Source: Lama glama (taxonomy: Eukaryota). Taken from it: a stretch of 64,000 bases of DNA. A program made the position numbers and the translations under genes. Below, piece after piece: positions 37,380 to 48,440 of the stretch (its first letter is position 1; each line of letters begins with the position of its first letter). The stretch covers positions 77,440,001 through 77,504,000 of the forward strand of contig CM052816.1 in the NCBI GenBank assembly GCA_028534125.1. Direction: 5' to 3'. Under the pieces are notes generated by a model. It saw nothing but the letters and a program-made list of their open reading frames with translations. It was not told where the DNA came from and searched no databases.

Positions 37380-40077
37380 CGTGGAAATAAATTTCGAGGC
37401 CCACAATGAAGCCACTTCTGCCAGGGGACCACATCAGCAAACCAAAACTCAGATGACTTTCATGCTCCCCAAAATGTGCTGCTTGACCAAAAATACAATC
37501 TCCAGGCACACCTTGTTTTCCTGGGCTTCACTTTTCTGCCCTGCTCAGACACTGCGTTGTTTTTCACAAAGTGAAGGTCTGTGGAAACTGCATCGAGCAA
37601 GTGTATTGGCACCACTTTGCCCACTTCGAATCGCTGTGTCACATTTTGGTAAATCTTGCAATATTTCAAGCTCTTTTCATTATTATTATACTTGTTATGG
37701 TGATCAGTGACTCTGATGTTACTACTGTTAATCGTTTGGGGGCGCCTTGAACTGCGCCCATGTAAGACAGCGAACTGAACTGATAAATTTCATCCGTGTT
37801 CTGACTGCTCCACTGACCAGCTGTTTCCCCATCTCTCTCCCCTCTCCTGGGTCCTCCCTATTCACTAGGACACAACAGTATTGAAAGTAGGACAATTAAT
37901 AATCTAACAACGGCCTCTAAGTGTTCAAGTGAAAGAAAAGTCACAGGTCTTTTTCCCTTTAAGTCAAAAGCTAGAAATGATTAAGTTTAGTGAAGAAGAC
38001 ATGGTGAAAGCCGAGAGAGGCCAAAAATTCGGCCTCTTGCACCAAACAGTTCACCAAGTTGTGAATCAGAGGAAAGGATGGAAACTAAAAATGCTGCTCC
38101 CGTGAACACATGAATGATTAAGCAAAACAGCCTTATTACTGATATGGAGAAAGTTTTAGTGGTCTGGAGAGAAGATCAAACTGGCCGTAACTTTCCCTTA
38201 AACCAAAGCCTAATCCAGGACAAGACAGGAATTGAGGAAGCTGCAGAAGAAAACTTTGAAGCCAGCAGAGTTTGGTTCATGAGGTTTAAGGAAAAAGAAG
38301 CTTTCTCTACAAGGTGCGAGGGGAAGCAGCAAGTGCTGATGTAGAAGCTGCAGCGAGGTTTCCAGAAGATCTAGCTGAGCTCATTACTGAAGGTGACTAC
38401 GCTACACAACAGATTTCCAATGTAGATGAAACAGCCTTCTATTGGAAGAAGATGTCCTCTAGGAATTTCATAGCTAGAGAGGAGAAGTCAATGCCTGGCC
38501 TCAAAGCTTTACAGGACAGGCTGACTCCCTTGTTAGGGGTAATGCAGCTGGTGACTTAAAGTTGAGGCCAATGTTCATTTACCATTCCAGAAATCCTAGG
38601 GCCTTTAAGAATTATGGTAAAGCTACTCTGCCTGTGCTCTAGAAATGAAACAACAAAGCTTGGATGACAGCACATCTGTTGACAACATGATTTACTGAAT
38701 ATTTTAAGCCCACTGTTGAGACCTACTGCTCAGAAAAAGACTCCTTTCAAAATATTACTGCTCATTGACAATGCACCTGCTCACCCAAGAGCTCTGATGG
38801 AGCTGGACAATGAGATTCATGTTGTTTTCATGCTGCTAACACAACAGCCATCTGTAGTCCATGGATCAAGGAGTAATTTTGACTTTCAAGGCTTACTATT
38901 TAAGAAACACATGTCGTAAGGCTATAGCTGCCATCGATCATGATTCCTCTGATGGATCTGGGCAAGGTCAATTGAAACCCTTCTGGAAAGAATTCTCCAA
39001 TTGAGATGCCATTCATGATTCATGGAACAAGGTAAAAATATCAATATTCACAGGAGTTAGAAAGAAGCTGATTCCAATCCTTATGGATGACTTTCAGGGG
39101 TTCAAAACTTCAGTGAAAGGAATCACTGCAGATGCGGTGGAAATAGCAAGAAGCTAGAGGTTAGAAGCGGAGCCTGAAGATGTGGCTGAATTGCCACAAC
39201 CTCATAATGAAACTTGAACAGGTGAGGAGTTGCTTCTTACAGATGAACAAAGAAAGTGGTTTCTTGAGATGGAATCTGCTCCTGGTGAAGACGCTGTCAA
39301 AATTGTTGGAATGACAACAAAGAATTTAAAATATTACATAAACTTAGCCAATAAAGTAGAGCAGGACTTGACAGGATTGGCTCCAGTTTTGAAAGAAGTT
39401 CTGCTGTGGGTACAATGCCATCAAACAGCAATGCATGCTGCAGAGAAATCGTTTGTGAAAGGAAACCTCAATTGAAGCGGCAAACTTCATTGCTCTCTTA
39501 AAGAAACTGCCACAGCCATTTCAGCCTTCAGCAACCACCATCCCGATCAGTCAGCAACCACCAACACTGAGACAAGACTCTTCACCAGCAAAAAGAGTAC
39601 GGCTCACCGAAGACTTGGATAATGGTTAGGAGTTTGTAGCAATGAGAAATTTTTAAATTAAGGTAAGTAAATTGGTTTTTAGGAGATAATGCCCTTGCAT
39701 ACTTAATAGGCTACAGTATAGTGCAGACAAAACTTTTATAAGCACTGCGAAAGCAAAAAGCTCTTGTGACTTGCTTTATTGTGATACTCGCTTTATTGTG
39801 GTGCTCTGGAACTGAGCCAGCAACATCTTCGAGGTCTTTCTGTATCCAGTCAGCCAATCCCTAAACGTCAAGCCAACCTTGAACTCTGTACTTATTTCCT
39901 TCTCCCCCATTCATTTTTCACTTTCCTCTTCTTTGTTCTTCATGCTTTACCCTATAAAAGCTTCCCACCTCCCGCCCCATTTTGCAGTCCTCTAGACCTC
40001 TGAGAATGGAGACTGCCTACAAAATGAAATGTTAAAGTTTGTATCACCTAAACTGTCATATTTAATCGTTTTTAACA
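37380..40077 (+). mobile_element. ERV1-type solo LTR split into 37380-37502 and 39843-40077 by Tigger1
   Basis: Starts CG (decayed TG) and ends ...tttttaaCA; CCAAT and TATAAAA boxes in the right half; flanks ATAC/GTAC resemble a 4-bp TSD. Confidence 0.65.
37503..39842 (+). mobile_element. Tigger1 DNA transposon, near full length, transposase decayed
   Basis: TIR-like ends caggcacaccttgtttt and catcttcgaggtctttctg|TA; pogo-type transposase fragments ([47 protein letters not shown]) broken by stops and frameshifts. Confidence 0.93.
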
Positions 40078-40540
40078 GTACACAAGTTACAAACGGTTTT
40101 TACATTCTTAAATGGCTGATAAAAATGTTTAAAAAGGAATAATTCCTTGTGATACATAGAAACAATATGAAATTCAAATTTCTGCGTCCATGGATTATTG
40201 GAACACAGTCACACACATTAGTTATTGTCGACGGCTGCTTTCAGGCTACAACAGCAAAGGTGACTCAAAAGTCGCAAAATATTTACTACCTTGCCCTCTC
40301 CAGAAAAATTTGCTGACCCTGTCTAAATAAATTTTTAACTTTTAGAAAGTTAAAATCAAACAAATAAAAACTAGAGGTATAGTTCTAAAACTTTCTGGAA
40401 TTTTTTTGCTTTTTTCCCTCTTTGCCTGAATTCAGAATATGCTTGAGTGATGAGAGATGAAATTTTGCTGTTAGCATAGTTCATTGTGGCTTGCAGTTTT
40501 AATTCTCTGATGTCTTCTAAGTCTGCAGTCTTTTAAAACT

Positions 40541-40563
40541 AACCAACCAACCAACCAACCAAC
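40541..40563. repeat. (AACC)n microsatellite
   Basis: aaccaaccaaccaaccaaccaac. Confidence 0.85.
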
Positions 40564-40828
40564 TAAAACCCATTCTAATGATTCTATTTAACCTAATCAA
40601 ACAGTAACCCCGGTCACTTCTGATCTTCCACTTCTGTCTGGAAACTTTTTGCTCCTGACCCTTGGTTTCTGAAATCTGACATTCTAATGCCTTTGAGTCC
40701 CAAGAGCACAGCTCAGGGCACTGAGTCATAAAGAAAAAGCGACTGAGCGGCTGGTGGTCACCCAGGTCAGTTACTCCATCCTTCGGGATTTATGCGTGGA
40801 GGAAACTGGTGTAGACATCTCTTTCAGT

Positions 40829-40965
40829 GGGGAGGGTATAGCTCAGTGGTAGAGTGTGTGCTCAGCATGCACGAGGTCCTAGGTTCAATCCCCAGTAACT
40901 CCATTAGAAAGGTAAATAAACTTAATTACCCCCCAAACAAACAAACAACAACAAAATTTTTTAAA
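40829..40965 (+). mobile_element. tRNA-derived SINE, camelid Vic-1-like
   Basis: ggggagggtatagctcagtggtagag (A box)...gaggtcctaggttcaatcccc (B box), then aaataaacttaattaccccc and an (AAAC)n tail. Confidence 0.85.
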
Positions 40966-42419
40966 ACCTCCTTCATCTTGAAAAGTGGGCAGATGTCATA
41001 ATCTGTTTCACAGGGATTTCCTCAAAATAATCTTGAAAAGTAGAAAATACTACGTCTCAGACATTATTGTACCCATTTTAGAGATGAGGACACTGAGACC
41101 CAAGAGAGATTGTGACTTTCTCAAGAAGGTCTTACAGCAATGTAATAAGAGGACAGTTCTCCTGGCCCTTGGACCCAGATATGGCTGCCAGATTTGCTCT
41201 GGCCAAAGGTACAGTGTTGGGGAGCAGTGAGGAGCTTTCAAGGGTTGTGAGGACTTTATATTTATAGGCATTTGCCAAAAGAGGTAGCAGGTTGTACGGG
41301 AGTTGCTAGAAGGATTTTGGAAGAAGCTACTTCCAGTTCCTTCCTGAATGCTTCTGCCCCCTCCCCCAGGGATGCCACTGCCTCCAGCTCCCACCTGCTT
41401 CCCCTCTGCTCACTGCTGTAGCCAATTCAGGGCACTGCTACCAAATAGGAGACTTTATTAGTGACTGGGGGTAAAGGAAATCTATTTTGCGACTACATAT
41501 ATGAGAACATGTACCTAGGAGCCCTAGCATGCTGAGCTGGTCTCTGGGGAGACAGTCAGGCAATTAAAAACAAGGGCCCAAATCTCAAAGCAAAACTGAG
41601 CAAAAGCCAGATTCACAAATAGACACTTGGGTGACCAAGGGCATAAACAGACATGCACCCAGCAACAGCTGAACAAAGCAACGTCCGAGTAAGCAGGACG
41701 GTAGAGACAAGAAAAGTGAGATGGGGTGGCAGGGGAGGCGAGGAACGTATGGAATCAGGTTTGCTGAAGAAATTTGATTGATTGGGACCAGAGTGGGTTG
41801 TCTCAGCTCAGAGGAAGTTTCTGAAACTGTTGAAGAAAACGGATTGCGGGGAGAAGGGCATGACGAACACCAAACCCAAACGAAGTGTCTCTCACTCCTC
41901 TATACCCGATCTCTGAGGACCCGAGACCAGAAGCAGACTTACGAGGACCAGGGAGAAAATGTACTCTAATTTAGCATAGAAATGTTAAAGCTTATTCTAA
42001 TGATCAAGAAAGAACACAGGAGTAAAATGAGGGTTTGATTTGAAAGAGATGGGAAATGTCTCTCACTTCCTCACCTCCTTTAACAGCAAATGGTATTCTT
42101 CTGATCACTGAAATCTCTCTCAAAGGCCTCCTTTCCATCCTTATTGCCTTGAACTTAAACTCTCTGGGTTTGCTTTCTCCCTCCTTCCCTTCCTTCCTTC
42201 CTTCCTCCCTTGAAACTCTACTTTTTTCTTATTTGTGTCTCATTGCAATTCTGGGAGTTCAACTCTGCCTATGAATCTTGCCTGTAGAAAACCCACTCTC
42301 TGCCTGGTGGGTTTCCAGACTAGCTTTCTCACTGCATCTTCTCTTTGAATTTCCCAGACAGTGGCAGCAGCGAGCTACCCAGGCTCCATAGTCATCACAG
42401 GCCCTTAGCTTGTGAAGTC

Positions 42420-42790
42420 ACATTCAGTCACTCGATCAGTACTTATTGAAAGCCTGCTTTGTACAGGGTGTTGGGAACGCAGCCCTGAATGAATCATTCC
42501 GACTCCACTATGGAGCTTATCCTGGAGGGGGAGACAGATAACTAATAGCTTCAAGCAGTAAGAGGGCTCTAGAGAAGCAGGGAATGGGGCCGAGGAAACA
42601 GTGTGTGGAGTTTAGGGGAGCCTGTCTGGGGGACTGACATCTGAGCTATGGTCTAAAAGAAGAAGTGGGGAGGTGATCAAGGGGTCATGAAAAGATCTGG
42701 TGAGAAAGAGAGTTCCAAGCAGAGGAAACAGAAGGTGCAAAAGCCCCCAGGGCAGAAAGGAGCAAAATGACTTTTGCTGGGAACAAAAGG
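42420..42790 (-). mobile_element. L2 LINE 3' fragment
   Basis: cattcagtcactcgatcagtacttattga...ggagcttatcctggagggggagacaga...gttccaagcagaggaaacagaaggtgcaaaagccc. Confidence 0.7.
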
Positions 42791-45700
42791 ACACCTTCTA
42801 CTGGGGACCGCCCTGAGGATACCAATTTCACTGCAGTGAAAAACTTATTGGTTCTTTCTCTGCCTGTATCAGGAGAACAGAACATGAGAAATTAAATGGT
42901 TTTGGGTGGTAGGACCAAGCTCGGTTCCCAGGGAAGGTTATATAAGCCTAGAGTTGGTCACACATATGAGTGATTTTTCATTTCATTTCATTTGTCTTTG
43001 GGGGGAAAAAAGAAAACACATAACTTTCTGACTTCGGCCACTTCTATCATTTATAGTTCATGTCCTTTATTACTTGTTCCATCTTTCTTCAAACTAAGCT
43101 TGGGTCCCAGAGAAGTGACCACCAGACAGGGCAAAAACACGTCTTATTACAAAGCCACACGTGTACCTGTGTCCATGACGCTCCACAGAGCCCCCTGCTC
43201 TGATTGGCTAATTTATAAGATCAATCACAGGGGGAAAAGCATGCCATAGAATAACAGGCAAATTATAATGTTTTTGGTATTTCTTTCTTGAAGGAAAGAA
43301 GTACAGTAGGACAGGATAAAGAGTGAGGAGTCATGATCTTTGTCTTCTTTATACTTCCTTAGAGAACAGAACAGGCATTAATATTTATGGAAAGTCCCTG
43401 CTGAGAAAATGGAAGTAAATACCTGGTAATGTCTTTATTATTTAAGGTCTGAAATGACCTGTTTCTCATTAGGGAACATGGACACTAAAACATCTTAATT
43501 TTCCCTTCCCGTTCTAGTTGTAATGTTGTGGGACTGAGGTCAGATGTGGACATTGAGCCCTCACCCCTCCTCACACAGGCTGAGCAGCAGATAAGGTCTC
43601 TGGGCCCTGGCTTTCAGTAACTACCTCACAAGAGCACCTGAGGTCAACCAGTTGTCCCAACTGAACAACTAAGCTGCTAACAGAGTCTTGTATTAATAGG
43701 TCTGTGCGAAGTCAATGCTTTGTGATGGGTTTTTTTTTTTTTAATGAAAGGAGGTAGATACAGGCCTGAAACAGGCAACAGAGGAGCCCAGTGACTGGTG
43801 GTGTCCAGGGTGGGCTCTAAGGGTTCCCACTGGGCCCTCTGCACATGGGTTGTCAACCTGAATGTCTATTCTGAGGTTCGCTGTTCAGGAAGCAAAGTGG
43901 GCATGAATCAAGGAACCCACGTAGAAAGGGCCTGGAAGCGGGGAGGAGTGGAAGCAACGAGAGAGGGGAAACCCAACATGTGGAAACACTAGCCTCACAA
44001 ATTTCTTCAGGGCAGCATTCAAAATATTTAACAACTGGCCTGGCTTGGGTCTAACCCAGCACAAGGGCTGCTGGCTGTAAACTCCCAGGGCTGTACCGAT
44101 GTTTACCAGTAGAATTTAGTGTCTACCTTGTATGTTTATTTGCCTTTTCCCATGTACAATACAACCTCACAGGTTTGAAAAGAAAAATAAAAATTATTAG
44201 AGATTTGTCCTGTGCTGTCAGAACTTCCTGAGCCCATGGATTCTCCAAGGACGGCCCCCTGTACTTTAACTGCTGACCTTACCTTTCACATGCTACTTCA
44301 CAATAGAAGAATAAGAACCTTCTTTAATTTGAATCCCACTCAGGGAAGTGGTTTAGCGGTCAGCCAAACCTGAGTTCAGATCCTGCCTTTACAACTATTA
44401 CTCCTGGCAAAATATGTAACCTTTCAAAGACTCAATTTTTAAAATCAATAAAGTGGGAGACTATTCCTTCAGCCCAGGGTTTTTGCCAGGATTAATAATG
44501 GGGGTTTCCAGGTAAGCGCTCAGGGCAGTGCCCACTAATGGGAGGTTTTCCCAATGGTAGCTCTGATATTTAGAATTTACTATAATTCTGATAAGGGCTA
44601 TTTGATAAGTAGGAATTTTTACATATTGAAAAGCAGGTTTGGGAGGTAAAATAATCATCTAGACAAATAGCAGAATAAGAAATGTGAAATGTGCCAGAAT
44701 ACAGGGTTTTCTAAAACATTAGAAACGATCATGACAAAAAAAAAATTACAATTGAAGTACCAATGACAGCACATGCTTATATATTTAAGAAACCAGCCAT
44801 CTAATAAATTTGGTTTCTGTTATCCTGATTTGAGTAACCGTATGGATGTAAAACAGTTAAATTGTATTTATTTCAGAACATTTCATAATTGAGAGTTTTC
44901 ACTGAATTGGCCACATCCCCTGCACACAATTACTTCAAAATGGTAAAATTTTACTTCACATAAGAGACCTGTTGCAATGAAATGTTCTGTATCTGTTAAG
45001 AATTTTCACATACCTTATTCCACTTAATTCACAAAGCTGGCATCCACCAATGGGGAAATAATTATCAGAAACTCCAAGACCAGAGTAGTGTTTCACTTTA
45101 AAAAGAAAAAGTTCAAGAGATGCTTCTCCCGAGGCCCCCTCCCCTGACTCCAGTCTCCACACCCACATCCAGGACCAGCTGAGTAGTGATAGCTCCTCCT
45201 CCGACTTTCTTGCCTCTGTGGAGGAGACCCTAAAGGATATGAGGTAAGTGAGCACGGGCCAGCTCACAGGATGGGGGCAGAGGAGCTCGATGCTGGGGAA
45301 GGGTGGGTGGGAACACAACTCTGCCTGCAGAGTTCATAAAGCAAAAGGACAAACTGCATGTTTCCAAAAACAGTCAGACCCTGAGGACTGCCTCCACTAC
45401 TGCTGCCCTGATTTCTGACCACACAACACAAAGTTTAGCCAAAGAATACCGTATGGATCTCATCCAGCTAGAGGAGAAGGAGGCCCTCTTTCAATCTGAA
45501 ACAAATTGTTACCATTTTTTCTAGAAAGGAGGCGCTCCATCCTTTGCCACCTAACTGGGGAGTTTTAGTTCCTAAATTCTAAATAAAAGCAGTGAAACAA
45601 TTGCCGAGGGACCATTGTCACTGTGTATGTACGGGTATGTGTGTGTGTGGTGTGACCATGCCGTATCCCCGTATCTCCCAGCAATTCCATCTAAGGGACA

Positions 45701-46789
45701 GAGGCCTACCGTTCAAGGTCAGGGTAAGAGCTGTTTTCAGAAGAGCCAAAATTCCTAGGACTTGGGGAACTTGAATCTCTACCCCTGGAACAGAAGGTAG
45801 GCACGGAAGTCAGCTGCGGGTGTTGTGCGAGGAGAGGGGAGGAGTTTACTCAGATCAACTAACCAATAAAAACAGGGCTCCGTGCTGGCCAAGGGAAGGC
45901 CTCTGACAGTGCTAAGCAGGCTTCTTTTCTGAGCTCCTTTCCCAGGCAAAGAGGACCCAGGGACGGCAGGAGGGCTCTTCAGACACAAGAACCTGGCGGA
46001 ATTTATCGGTAAAATTGAAAAGATTACAGTCTTCAAACAAAAAATGTGCCAATGGCTCCGTTCTGAGATCTCCGCACTGCAGAGGGTCCTGGGTTTATGT
46101 GAATGTACTCCCTACTTCCATAAGACAAAGATTTCTAAGGCAGATTGGCAAGGTGGTCTAAGAAATCTAAATGTGGTTCTTGAATCATGTGGGAGCTTCT
46201 GAAACCTGAGACCATAATCAGAATCCGACTCTTCACAGAATCCCCGGGTGATCTGATGTACTGGTCCAAGTTCCCGCCAGCCCCCAGAGAGGGCGCTGTG
46301 ACGGACGGGAACCTAAGCCATCCGCCAGACCCCCAGCTACATATCAGCACGCTAGCAGCTTGGATTCTCCCTGACCATCCTTCAGAGAGGCTGATTTTAC
46401 TTGAGCGTCCTTGATTTGTTGGTGAAGACTGACTCCGAAGAGTTTTTTTTCTTCTATGATTCTGAGATGAATCCTTTTTTTTTCCATTAAATGAAAAGAG
46501 GGTGGGGCGAAGGCACACTATATCCTTATGTGGTCTGTTTTGCACTCATGAAAGAAAACTGACCTCAAACTCCCTCAGGATAATGCAAAAATAAATCTTC
46601 TGCTGACCTCCTGTACATAGAAACAGCCTGTCCCTGTTGAGCGCCTCTAACATCCAAAGGGCTGGGAAAACCACAGCAGGAAAGGCTGCCCTTCTGCGGG
46701 GCGCTAAGAAACCTCGGTCAAGTGGGTCCTCAGGACACAACCCCAGCGTCGCGGCTACTTCTGTCCTTCAGAAGGGCCGTGGTACTCAC

Positions 46790-46956
46790 GGGTGGTTCGG
46801 ATGGTGTCGCTGGGCTGGCTGCGGGGGCTGGGGCCGTGGGGATTCACGGCCCTAACAGCAAACTGGTAGTTGGTATCCGGATCAAGGCCCTTGATAACCA
46901 TGGAGTCCATCTGGATCTGCTCTTGGATTAAGGTCCAACTCTTGTCGAAATCTGGC
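46790..46956 (-). CDS. EGFLAM: EGFLAM exon 6 (second half of second FN3 domain)
   Basis: ataaag|G...C|gtgagt; translates [55 protein letters not shown]; 167 nt; missing from the ORF track in this frame. Confidence 0.95.
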
Positions 46957-47554
46957 CTTTATTGATTAAAAACAAAAACAGAACAAGAAGCAGTAGTTCC
47001 GGAACAGCAGAGCAAAGGAAAGCTTGCGGGCTACGTAAAGTAACAGCGTTTGAACTCTGGGAGCAATACTTAGAAAAATGAGTGAACATCTTCTATCTAA
47101 AAGTCACTCTGATTTTAAATCATAGGTCATCATTTTTAAGTCCTTGCTAATAAAAACAAGCAGATCATTTTTAGGGCCATGGCTTCAAGATCACCCACTT
47201 TCATGGTGAAAAGATCCCCAAATAGGAGTTTATTTGCAAGGACTCTGCCTTCCAGATGTTTCGTAAACACGCCTTCCCCTGACAGTCCCCATTCCCACAG
47301 GTCAGGAGAGCACAGATTCCATCTAGTCACAATCTGTTCACAAAACAAACAAATATAAATTTTATAGGGTGGCTAATTGCATGAACTGCCATGGGAAAAC
47401 CCAGGAAGATTCTGTTCATGGCCGTTCTCACTCAACAAAATTGTGCAACTGTGCCGACTTGCCAAATGTTCGCACGTTTTCCCGAGAACTCTATGGAGAC
47501 TCCAGACCTTCACTTAGAGCCTCCTTCTGGGGTGGGGAGGGGCAACATTCCTAG

Positions 47555-47760
47555 GGTAAGGGAATGAATGCTGGAGCTGGACTGAGCCGTCCAAATTCTG
47601 CCTCTACTCCTTACTAGCTGCTCTTTCAATTCTTTAGGTCTCTAGTTTCTCATCTGTAAAATGGGGGTGATAAAAATACCTACCTAAGAGGGCTGTCCTA
47701 GAGGAGAAATGAGCGCTGTATCCCCAGCACCGTGCCTGGCATCACACTGTAAACATTCAA
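47555..47760 (+). mobile_element. MIR SINE
   Basis: caaattctgcctctactccttactagctg...agtttctcatctgtaaaatgggggtgataaaaatacctaccta. Confidence 0.75.
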
Positions 47761-47821
47761 TGTGGCTTTCCCACCCACAGGGCTGGTAGCAACCCTCGGC
47801 CACCTGCTTACTCTACACCTG

Positions 47822-48104
47822 TGTGTTCAGTGCAATAGAGCTACTCACTGCTTGAAACGCGGCTCGTCTGAACTGGGATGTGCTGTAAGTATAAAATGTA
47901 CAGTGGATTCTTTTTAGAGCTTATATTATCTCAGGAATATTTATATTGATTACATGTTGAAATGATAATATTTTGGATTCAGTGGGTTAAATATACCGAT
48001 TATTAAAATTAATTTTACTTGTTTCTTATCACCTTTTAAAGGGCCCTGTTAAAAAACTTAAAATCTCATATAGGCTTACATTTTCCATTGGACAGTGTTG
48101 CTCT
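47822..48104 (+). mobile_element. MER33-like hAT-Charlie element
   Basis: ctgaactgggatgtgctgtaagtataaaatgtac...atattgattacatgttgaaatgataatattttggat...ccattggacagtgttg. Confidence 0.8.
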
Positions 48105-48249
48105 ATACGGACTTCCTGATTGGAGGGTGAACAGAGAGCTTTCCGGGTAACAAGAATGCAAGATGAAATTTGGGAATGTTTGTGCATGGCTAGGGGACAG
48201 GGTAAATGGCCTACCTGGAGTAGAGATTTTGTGTTAATAGCTAGTCGTA

Positions 48250-48440
48250 GCCATTATTCATCAAGTTCATGCAAAGTATTGAGCACTGTTCTGGTACTTT
48301 AACTCATTTTCTTCTCACAATTACCCTATGCAATAGATACTATAATATCTCCCCTTCCTTTAAAGAGGGAACTAAGGCACAGAATGGGGAAGTAACTTGC
48401 CTGAGGTCACACAGCTGATAAATGGTGAGGCCAACTTGGT
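48250..48440 (-). mobile_element. MIR SINE
   Basis: ttctcacaattaccctatg...gaactaaggcacaga...aagtaacttgcctgaggtcacacagct. Confidence 0.75.

Larger units (their letters stand above)
37324..40321 (+). mobile_element. MER58B-like hAT element split into 37324-37379 and 40078-40321 by nested insertions
   Basis: 5' TIR cagaggtcagcaaact...ggccaaatctgg...tgtttttata; 3' part ...aaaatatttactaccttgccctctccagaaaaatttgctgaccctg. Confidence 0.8.

Noticed and set aside
38114..39475. Functional or domesticated pogo/Tigger transposase gene
   Set aside because: The frame is broken into several short ORFs by stops, frameshifts and an internal deletion.
40829..40902. tRNA gene (Ala-like head with A and B boxes); same at 60750
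   Set aside because: The acceptor stem is imperfect, and the head runs into a SINE tail shared by both copies, with a TSD at the second; these are SINEs, not tRNA genes.
46279..46300. Second CTCF-like motif (CCCAGAGAGGGCGC)
   Set aside because: Three mismatches to the core consensus; too weak without data.
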